64,000 nucleotides of DNA from the human T2T-CHM13v2.0 reference genome, Homo sapiens: the NCBI RefSeq assembly GCF_009914755.1, contig NC_060925.1. One strand, written 5' to 3'. The translations under genes and the position numbers were made by a program. Below the pieces are notes generated by a model. The model worked only from the letters and a program-made list of their open reading frames with translations. It was not told the DNA's origin and did not search any database. Shown in pieces: positions 23,001-34,334 of this stretch. Positions within the stretch are counted from its first letter, which is position 1. Every line of letters begins with the position of its first letter.

Positions 23001-26000
23001 CAAAAAGAGTGTTTCAAGCCTGCTCTCTGTAAAGGATCCTTCAACTCTGTGAGTTGAATACACACAACACAAGGAAGTTACTGAGAATTCTTCTGTCTAG
23101 CATAATATGAAGAAATCCCGTTTCCAACGAAGGCCTCAAAGAGGTCTGAATATCCACTTGCACACTTTACAAACAGAGTGTTTCCTAACTGCTCTATGAG
23201 AAGAAAAGTTAAACTCTGTGAGTTGAACGCACACATCACAAAAGATTTTCTGAGAATCATTCTGTCTAGTCTTTATATGAAGATAGTTTCCTTTTCTACC
23301 ATTGACCTCAAAGCGGCTGAAATCTCCACTTGCAAATTCCACAAAAAGAGTGTTTCAAGTCTGCTCTGTGTAAAGGATCGTTCAACTCTGTGAGTTGAAT
23401 ACACACAACACAAGGAAGTTACTGAGAATTCTTCTGTCTAGCAGAATATGAAGAAATCCCGTTTCCAACGAAGGCCACAAGATGTCAGAATATCCACTTA
23501 CAGACTTTACAAACAGAGTGTTTCCTAACTGCTCTATGAACAGAAAGGTTAAACTCTGTGAGTTGAACGAACACATCACAACGCAGTTTGTGGGAATGAT
23601 TCTGTCTAGTTTTGAAACGAAGATATTTCCTTTTCTGCCGTTGACCTTAAAGCGCTTGAAATCTACACTTGCAAAATGCACAAATAGAGTGTTTCAAATC
23701 TGCTCTGTCTAAGGGAACGTTCAACTCTGTGAGTTGAATGCACACAACACAAGGAAGTTACTGGGAATTCTTCTGTCTAGCCTTACATGAAAAAAACCCG
23801 TTTCCAACGAAGGCCTCTAAGTGGTCAAAATTTCCACGTGCAGACTTTACAAACAGAGTGTTTCCAAACCGCTGAATGAAAAGAAAAGTTAAACTCTGAG
23901 AGTTGAACGCACACATCACGCAGCAGTTTCTGAGAATGATTCTGTCTAGTTTTTATACGAAGATATTTCCTTTTCTGCCTTTGGCCCCAAAGCGCTTGAA
24001 ATCTCCACTTGCAAATTCCACAAAAACAGTGTTTCAAATCTGCTCTCTCTAAATGAAAGTTCAACTCTGTCAGTTGAATACACACAACACAAGGAAGTTA
24101 CTGAGAATTCTTCTGTCTAGCATAATATGAAGAAATCCCGTTTCCAACGAAGGCCTCAAAGGGGTCTGAATATCCACTTGCAGACTTTATAAACAGAGTG
24201 TTTACTAACTGCTCTATGAAAAGAAAGGTTAAACTCTGTGAGTTGAACACACACATCACAAAGGAGTTTCTGAGAATCGTTCTGTCTAGTTTCTATAGGA
24301 AGATGTTTCCTATTCTACCATTGACCTCAAAGCGGCTGAAATCTCCACTTGCAAATTCCACAAAAAGAATGTTTCAAGTCTGCTCTGTGTAAACGATCGT
24401 TCAACTCTGTGAGTTGAATACACACAACACAAGGAAGTTACTGAGAATTCTTCTGTCTAGCATAATATGTAGAAATCCCGTTTCCAAAGAAGGCCTCAAA
24501 TAGGTCTGAATATCCACTTGCAGACTTTACAAACAGAGTGTTTCCTAACTGCTCTATGAAAAGAAAAGTTAAACTCTGTGATTTGAACGCACACATCACA
24601 AAGGAGTTTCTGAGAATCATTCTGTCTGGTCTTTATACGAAGATATTTCCTTTTCTACCATTGACCTCAAAGCGGCTGAAATCTCCACTTGCAAATTCCA
24701 CAAAAAGAGTGTTTCAAGTCTGCTCTGTGTAAAGGATCGTTCAACTCTGTGAGTTGAATACACACAACACAAGGAAGTTACTGAGAATTCTTCTGTCTAG
24801 CAGAATATGAAGAAATCCCGTTTCCAACGAAGGCCTCAAGGAGGTCTGAATATCCACTTGCAGACTTTACAAACAGAGTGTTTCCTAACTGCTCTATGAA
24901 CACAAAGGTTAAACTCTGTGAGTTGAACGCACACATCACAAAGGAGTTTATGAGAATCATTCTGTCTAGTTTCTATAAGAAGATATTTCCTATTCTACCA
25001 TTGACCTCAAAGCGGCTGAAATCTCCACTTGCAAATTCGACAAAAAGAGTGTTTCAAGCCTGCTCTCTGTAAAGGATCCTTCAACTCTGTGAGTTGAATA
25101 CACACAACACAAGGAAGTTACTGAGAATTCTTCTGTCTAGCATAATATGAAGAAATCCCGTTTCCAACGAAGGCCTCAAAGAGGTCTGAATATCCACTTG
25201 CAGACTTTACAAACAGAGTGTTTCCTAACTGCTCTATGAGAAGAAAAGTTAAACTCTGTGAGTTGAACGCACACATCACAAAAGATTTTCTGAGAATCAT
25301 TCTGTCTAGTCTTTATATGAAGATAGTTTCCTTTTCTACCATTGACCTCAAAGCGGCTGAAATCTCCACTTGCAAATTCCACAAAAAGAGTGTTTCAAGT
25401 CTGCTCTGTGTAAAGGATCGTTCAACTCTGTGAGTTGAATACACACAACACAAGGAAGTTACTGAGAATTCTTCTGTCTAGCAGAATATGAAGAAATCCC
25501 GTTTCCAACGAAGGCCACAAGATGTCAGAATATCCACTTGCAGACTTTACAAACAGAGTGTTTCCTAACTGCTCTATGAACAGAAAGGTTAAACTCTGTG
25601 AGTTGAACGAACACATCACAACGCAGTTTGTGGGAATGATTCTGTCTAGTTTTGAAACGAAGAAATTTCCTTTTCTGCCATTGACCTTAAAGCGCTTGAA
25701 ATCTACACTTGCAAATTGCACAAATAGAGTGTTTCAAATCTGCTCTGTCTAAGGGAACGTTCAACTCTGTGAGTTGAATGCACACAACACAAGGAAGTTA
25801 CTGGGAATTCTTCTGTCTAGCCTTACATGAAGAAAACCCGTTTCCAACGAAGGCCTCTAAGAGGTCAAAATATCCACGTGCAGACTTTACAAAGAGAGTG
25901 TTTCCAAACCGCTGAATGAAAAGAAAAGTTAAACTCTGAGAGTTGAACGCAGACATCACGCAGCAGTTTCTGAGAATGATTCTGTCTAGTTTTTATACGA

Positions 26001-29000
26001 AGATATTTCCTTTTCTGCCTTTGGCCCCAAAGCGCTTGAAATCTCCACTTGCAAATTCCACAAAAACAGTGTTTCAAATCTGCTCTCTCTAAATGAAAGT
26101 TCAACTCTGTCAGTTGAATACACACAACACAAGGAAGTTACTGAGAATTCTTCTGTCTAGCATAATATGAAGAAATCCCGTTTCCAACGAAGGCCTCAAA
26201 GGGATCTGAATATCCACTTGCAGACTTTATAAACAGAGTGTTTACTAACTGCTCTATGAAAAGAAAGGTTAAACTCTGTGAGTTGAACACACACATCACA
26301 AAGGAGTTTCTGAGAATCATTCTGTCTAGTTTTTCTACGAAGATATTTCCTTTTCTACTATTGACCTCAAAGCGGCTGAAATCTCCACTTGCAAATTCCA
26401 CAAAAAGAGTGTTTCAAGTCTGCTCTGTGTAAAGGATCGTTCAACTCTGTGAGTTGAATACACACAACACAAGGAAGTTACTGAGAATTCTTCTGTCTAG
26501 CAGAATATGAAGAAATCCCGTTTCCAACGAAGGCCTCAAGGAGGTCTGAATATCCACTTGCAGACTTTACAAACAGAGTGTTTCCTAACTGCTCTATGAA
26601 CAGAAAGGTTAAACTCTGTGAGTTGAACGCACACATCACAAAGGAGTTTCTGAGAATCATTCTGTCTAGTCTTTATACGAAGATATTTACTTTTCTACCA
26701 TTGACCTCAAAGCGGCTGAAATCTCCACTTGCAAATTCCACAAAAAGAGTGTTTCAAGTCTGCTCTGTGTAAAGGATCCTTCAACTCTGTGAGTTGAATA
26801 CACACAACACAAGGAAGTTACTGAGAATTCTTCTGTCTAGCAGAATATGAAGAAATCCCGTTTCCAACGAAGGCCTCAAAGAGGTCTGCATATCCACTTG
26901 CAGACTTTACAAACAGAGTGTTTCCTAACTGCTCTATGAGAAGAAAAGTTAAACTCTGTGAGTTGAACGCACACATCACAAAAGATTTTCTGAGAATCAT
27001 TCTGTCTAGTCTTTATATGAAGATAGTTTCCTTTTCTACCATTGACCTCAAAGCGGCTGAAATCTCCACTTGCAAATTCCACAAAAAGAGTGTTTCAAGT
27101 CTGCTCTGTGTAAAGGATCGTTCAACTCTGTGAGTTGAATACACACAACACAAGGAAGTTACTGAGAATTCTTCTGTCTAGCAGAATATGAAGAAATCCC
27201 GTTTCCAACGAAGGCCACAAGATGTCAGAATATCCACTTACAGACTTTACAAACAGAGTGTTTCCTAACTGCTCTATGAACAGAAAGGTTAAACTCTGTG
27301 AGTTGAACGAACACATCACAACGCAGTTTGTGGGAATGATTCTGTCTAGTTTTGAAACGAAGATATTTCCTTTTCTGCCGTTGACCTTAAAGAGCTTGAA
27401 AACTACACTTGCAAATTGCACAAATAGAGTGTTTCAAATCTGCTCTGTCTAAGGGAACGTTCAACTCTGTGAGTTGAATGCACACAACACAAGGAAGTTA
27501 CTGGGAATTCTTCTGTCTAGCCTTACATGAAAAAAACCCGTTTCCAACGAAGGCCTCTAAGTGGTCAAAATTTCCACGTGCAGACTTTACAAACAGAGTG
27601 TTTCCAAACCGCTGAATGAAAAGAAAAGTTAAACTCTGAGAGTTGAACGCACACATCACGCAGCAGTTTCTGAGAATGATTCTGTCTAGTTTTTATACGA
27701 AGATATTTCCTTTTCTGCCTTTGGCCCCAAAGCGCTTGAAATCTCCACTTGCAAATTCCACAAAAACAGTGTTTCAAATCTGCTCTCTCTAAATGAAAGT
27801 TCAACTCTGTCAGTTGAATACACACAACACAAGGAAGTTACTGAGAATTCTTCTGTCTAGCATAATATGAAGAAATCCCGTTTCCAACGAAGGCCTCAAA
27901 GGGGTCTGAATATCCACTTGCAGACTTTATAAACAGAGTGTTTACTAACTGCTCTATGAAAAGAAAGGTTAAACTCTGTGAGTTGAACACACACATCACA
28001 AAGGAGTTTCTGAGAATCATTCTGTCTAGTTTTTCTACGAAGATATTTCCTTTTCTACTATTGACCTCAAATCGGCTGAAATCTCCACTTGCAAATTCCA
28101 CAAAAAGAGTGTTTCAAGTCTGCTCTGTGTAAAGGATCGTTCAACTCTGTGAGTTGAATACACACAACACAAGGAAGTTACTGAGAATTCTTCTGTCTAG
28201 CAGAATAGGAAGAAATCCCGTTTCCAACGAAGGCCTCAAAGAGGTCTGAATATCCACTTGCAGACTTTACAAACAGAGTGTTTCCTAACTGCTCTATGAA
28301 AAGAAAGGTTAAACTCTGTGAGTTGAACGCACACATCACAAAGGAGTTTCTGAGAATCGTTCTGTCTAGTTTCTATAGGAAGATATTTCCTATTCTACCA
28401 TTGCCCTCAAAGCGGCTGAAATCTCCACTTGCAAATTCCACAAAAAGAATGTTTCAAGTCTGCTCTGTGTAAAGGATCGTTCAACTCTGTGAGTTGAATA
28501 CACACAACACAAGGAAGTTACTGAGAATTCTTCTGTCTAGCAGAATATGAAGAAATCCCGTTTCCAACGAAGGCCTCAAAGAGGTCTGAATATCCACTTG
28601 CAGACTTTACAAACAGAGTGTTTCCTAACTGCTCTATGAAAAGAAAAGTTAAACTCTGTGAGTTGAACGCACACATCACAAAGGAGTTTCTGAGAATCAT
28701 TCTGTCTAGTCTTTATACGAAGATATTTCCTTTTCTACCATTGACCTCAAAGCGGCTGAAATCTCCACTTGCAAATTCCACAAAAAGAGTGTTTCAAGTC
28801 TGCTCTGTGTAAAGGATCGTACAACTCTGTGAGTTGAATACACACAACACAAGGAAGTTACTGAGAATTCTTCTGTCTAGCAGAATATGAAGAAATCCCG
28901 TTTCCAACGAAGGCCTCAAGGAGGTCTGAATATCCACTTGCAGACTGTATAAACAGAGTGTTTCCTAACTGCTCTATGAACAGAAAGGTTAAACTCTGTG

Positions 29001-32000
29001 AGTTGAACGAACACATCACAACGCAGTTTGTGGGAATGATTCTGTCTAGTTTTGAAACGAAGAAATTTCCTTTTCTGCCATTGACCTTAAAGCGCTTGAA
29101 ATCTGCACTTGCAAATTGCACAAATAGAGTGTTTCAAATCTGCTCTGTCTAAGGGAACGTTCAACTCTGTGAGTTGAATGCACACAACACAAGGAAGTTA
29201 CTGGGAATTCTTCTGTCTAGCCTTACATGAAGAAAACCCGTTTCCAACGAAGGCCTCTAAGAGGTCAAAATATCCACGTGCAGACTTTACAAAGAGAGTG
29301 TTTCCAAACCGCTGAATGAAAAGAAAAGTTAAACTCTGAGAGTTGAACGCAGACTTCACGCAGCAGTTTCTGAGAATGATTCTGTCTAGTTTTTATACGA
29401 AGATATTTCCTTTTCTGCCTTTGGCCCCAAAGCGCTTGAAATCTCCACTTGCAAATTCCACAAAAACAGTGTTTCAAATCTGCTCTCTCTAAATGAAAGT
29501 TCAACTCTGTCAGTTGAATACACACAACACAAGGAAGTTACTGAGAATTCTTCTGTCTAGCATAATATGAAGAAATCCCGTTTCCAAAGAAGGCCTCAAA
29601 GGGGTCTGAATATCCACTTGCAGACTTTATAAACAGAGTGTTTACTAACTGCTCTATGAAAAGAAAGGTTAAACTCTGTGAGTTGAACACACACATCACA
29701 AAGGAGTTTCTGAGAATCATTCTGTCTAGTTTTTCTACGAAGATATTTCCTTTTCTACTATTGACCTCAAAGCGGCTGAAATCTCCACTTGCAAATTCCA
29801 CAAAAAGAGTGTTTCAAGTCTGCTCTGTGTAAAGGATCGTTCAACTCTGTGAGTTGAATACACACAACACAAGGAAGTTACTGAGAATTCTTCTGTCTAG
29901 CAGAATATGAAGAAATCCCGTTTCCAACGAAGGCCTCAAGGAGGTCTGAATATCCACTTGCAGACTTTACAAACAGAGTGTTTCCTAACTGCTCTATGAA
30001 CAGAAAGGTTAAACTCTGTGAGTTGAACGCACACATCACAAAGGAGTTTCTGAGAATCATTCTGTCTAGTCTTTATACGAAGATATTTACTTTTCTACCA
30101 TTGACCTCAAAGCGGCTGAAATCTCCACTTGCAAATTCCACAAAAAGAGTGTTTCAAGTCTGCTCTGTGTAAAGGATCATTCAACTCTGTGAGTTGAATA
30201 AACACAACACAAGGAAGTTACTGAGAATTCTTCTGTCTAGCAGAATATGAAGAAATCCCGTTTCCAACGAAGGCCACAAGATGTCAGAATATCCACTTAC
30301 AGACTTTACAAACAGAGTGTTTCCTAACTGCTCTATGAACAGAAAGGTTAAACTCTGTGAGTTGAACGAACACATCACAACGCAGTTTGTGGGAATGATT
30401 CTGTCTAGTTTTGAAACGAAGATATTTCCTTTTCTGCCGTTGACCTTAAAGCGCTTGAAATCTACACTTGCAAATTGCACAAATAGAGTGTTTCAAATCT
30501 GCTCTGTCTAAGGGAACGTTCAACTCTGTGAGTTGAATGCACACAACACAAGGAAGTTACTGGGAATTCTTCTGTCTAGCCTTACATGAAAAAAACCCGT
30601 TTCCAACGAAGGCCTCTAAGTGGTCAAAATTTCCACGTGCAGACTTTACAAACAGAGTGTTTCCAAACCGCTGAATGAAAAGAAAAGTTAAACTCTGAGA
30701 GTTGAACGCACACATCACGCAGCAGTTTCTGAGAATGATTCTGTCTAGTTTTTATACGAAGATATTTCCTTTTCTGCCTTTGGCCCCAAAGCGCTTGAAA
30801 TCTCCACTTGCAAATTCCACAAAAACAGTGTTTCAAATCTGCTCTCTCTAAATGAAAGTTCAACTCTGTCAGTTGAATACACACAACACAAGGAAGTTAC
30901 TGAGAATTCTTCTGTCTAGCATAATATGAAGAAATCCCGTTTCCAACGACGGCCTCAAAGGGGTCTGAATATCCACTTGCAGACTTTATAAACAGAGTGT
31001 TTACTAACTGCTCTATGAAAAGAAAGGTTAAACTCTGTGAGGTGAAAACACACATCACAAAGGAGTTTCTGAGAATCATTCTGTCTAGTTTTTCTACGAA
31101 GATATTTCCTTTTCTACTATTGACCTCAACGCGGCTGAAATCTCCACTTGCAAATTCCACAAAAAGAGTGTTTCAAGTCTGCTCTGTGTAAAGGATCGTT
31201 CAACTCTGTGAGTTGAATACACACAACACAAGGAAGTTACTGAGAATTCTTCTGTCTAGCAGAATATGAAGAAATCCCGTTTCCAACGAAGGCCTCAAAG
31301 AGGTCTGAATATCCACTTGCAGACTTTACAAACAGAGTGTTTCCTAACTGCTCTATGAAAAGAAAGGTTAAACTCTGTGAGTTGAACGCACACATCACAA
31401 AGGAGTTTCTGAGAATCGTTCTGTCTAGTTTCTATAGGAAGATGTTTCCTATTCTACCATTGACCTCAAAGCGGCTGAAATCTCCACTTGCAAATTCCAC
31501 AAAAAGAATGTTTCAAGTCTGCTCTGTGTAAACGATCGTTCAACTCTGTGAGTTGAATACACACAACACAAGGAAGTTACTGAGAATTCTTCTGTCTAGC
31601 ATAATATGTAGAAATCCCGTTTCCAACGAAGGCCTCAAATAGGTCTGAATATCCACTTGCAGACTTTACAAACAGAGTGTTTCCTAACTGCTCTATGAAA
31701 AGAAAAGTTAAACTCTGTGATTTGAACGCACACATCACAAAGGAGTTTCTGAGAATCATTCTGTCTGGTCTTTATACGAAGATATTTCCTTTTCTACCAT
31801 TGACCTCAAAGCGGCTGAAATCTCCACTTGCAAATTCGACAAAAAGAGTGTTTCAAGCCTGCTCTCTGTAAAGGATCCTTCAACTCTGTGAGTTGAATAC
31901 ACACAACACAAGGAAGTTACTGAGAATTATTCTGTCTAGCATAATATGAAGAAATCCCGTTTCCAACGAAGGCCTCAAAGAGGTCTGAATATCCACTTGC

Positions 32001-34334
32001 AGACTTTACAAACAGAGTGTTTCCTAACTGCTCTATGAGAAGAAAAGTTAAACTCTGTGAGTTGAACGCACACATCACAAAAGATTTTCTGAGAATCATT
32101 CTGTCTAGTCTTTATATGAAGATAGTTTCCTTTTCTACCATTGACCTCAAAGCGGCTGAAATCTCCACTTGCAAATTCCACAAAAAGAGTGTTTCAAGTC
32201 TGCTCTGTGTAAAGGATCGTTCAACTCTGTGAGTTGAATACACACAACACAAGGAAGTTACTGAGAATTCTTCTGTCTAGCAGAATATGAAGAAATCCCG
32301 TTTCCAACGAAGGCCACAAGATGTCAGAATATCCACTTACAGACTTTACAAACAGAGTGTTTCCTAACTGCTCTATGAACAGAAAGGTTAAACTCTGTGA
32401 GTTGAACGAACACATCACAACGCAGTTTATGGGAATGATTCTGTCTAGTTTTGAAACGAAGATATTTCCTTTTCTGCCGTTGACCTTAAAGCGCTTGAAA
32501 TCTACACTTGCAAATTGCACAAATAGAGTGTTTCAAATCTGCTCTGTCTAAGGGAACGTTCAACTCTGTGAGTTGAATGCACACAACACAAGGAAGTTAC
32601 TGGGAATTCTTCTGTCTAGTCTTACATGAAAAAACCCGTTTCCAACGAAAGCCTCTAAGTGGTCAAAATATCCACGTGCAGACTTTACAAACAGAGTGTT
32701 TCCAAACCGCTGAATGAAAAGAAAAGTTAAACTCTGAGAGTTGAACGCACACATCACGCAGCAGTTTCTGAGAATGATTCTGTCTAGTTTTTATACGAAG
32801 ATAATTCCTTTTCTGCCTTTGGCCCCAAAGCGCTTGAAATCTCCACTTGCAAATTCCACAAAAACAGTGTTTCAAATCTGCTCTCTCTAAATGAAAGTTC
32901 AACTCTGTCAGTTGAATACACACAACACAAGGAAGTTACTGAGAATTCTTCTGTCTAGCATAATATGAAGAAATCCCGTTTCCAACGAAGGCCTCAAAGG
33001 GGTCTGAATATCCACTTGCAGACTTTATAAACAGAGTGTTTACTAACTGCTCTATGAAAAGAAAGGTTAAACTCTGTGAGTTGAACACACACATCACAAA
33101 GGAGTTTCTGAGAATCATTCTGTCTAGTTTTTCTACGAAGATATTTCCTTTTCTACTATTGACCTCAACGCGGCTGAAATCTCCACTTGCAAATTCCACA
33201 AAAAGAGTGTTTCAAGTCTGCTCTGTGTAAAGGATCGTTCAACTCTGTGAGTAGAATACACACAACACAAGGAAGTTACTGAGAATTCTTCTGTCTAGCA
33301 GAATATGAAGAAATCCCGTTTCCAACGAAGGCCTCAAGGAGGTCTGAATATCCACTTGCAGACTTTACAAACAGAGTGTTTCCTAACTGCTCTATGAACA
33401 GAAAGGTTAAACTCTGTGAGTTGAACGCACACATCACAAAGGAGTTTCTGAGAATCATTCTGTCTAGTCTTTATACGAAGATATTTACTTTTCTACCATT
33501 GACTTCAAAGCGGCTGAAATCTCCACCTGCAAATTCCACAAAAAGAGTGTTTCAAGTCTGCTCTGTGTAAAGGATCATTCAACTCTGTGAGTTGAATAAA
33601 CACAACACAAGGAAGTTACTGAGAATTCTTCTGTCTAGCAGAATATGAAGAAATCCCGTTTCCAACGAAGGCCTCAAGGAGGTCTGAATATCCACTTGCA
33701 GACTTTACAAACAGAGTGTTTCCTAACTGCTCTATGAAAAGAAAGGTTAAACTCTGTGAGTTGAACGCACACATCACAAAGGAGTTTCTGAGAATCATTC
33801 TGTCTAGTTTCTATAAGAAGATATTTCCTATTCTACCATTGACCTCAAAGCGGCTGAAATCTCCACTTGCAAATTCGACAAAAAGAGTGTTTCAAGCCTG
33901 CTCTCTGTAAAGGATCCTTCAACTCTGTGAGTTGAATACACACAACACAAGGAAGTTACTGAGAATTATTCTGTCTAGCATAATATGAAGAAATCCCGTT
34001 TCCAACGAAGGCCTCAAAGAGGTCTGAATATCCACTTGCAGACTTTACAAACAGAGTGTTTCCTAACTGCTCTATGAGAAGAAAAGTTAAACTCTGTGAG
34101 TTGAACGCACACATCACAAAAGATTTTCTGAGAATCATTCTGTCTAGTCTTTATATGAAGATAGTTTCCTTTTCTACCATTGACCTCAAAGCGGCTGAAA
34201 TCTCCACTTGCAAATTCCACAAAAAGAGTGTTTCAAGTCTGCTCTGTGTAAAGGATCGTTCAACTCTGTGAGTTGAATACACACAACACAAGGAAGTTAC
34301 TGAGAATTCTTCTGTCTAGCAGAATATGAAGAAA
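20057..34334 (-). repeat. Run of heterogeneous HOR structural variants: 20-, 12-, 10-, 10-, 8-, 12-, 12-mer
   Basis: Unit starts at 20057, 23457, 25497, 27197, 28896 (hybrid), 30256, 32296 and 34335 give lengths of 3400, 2040, 1700, 1699, 1360, 2040 and 2039 bp. Confidence 0.88.
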
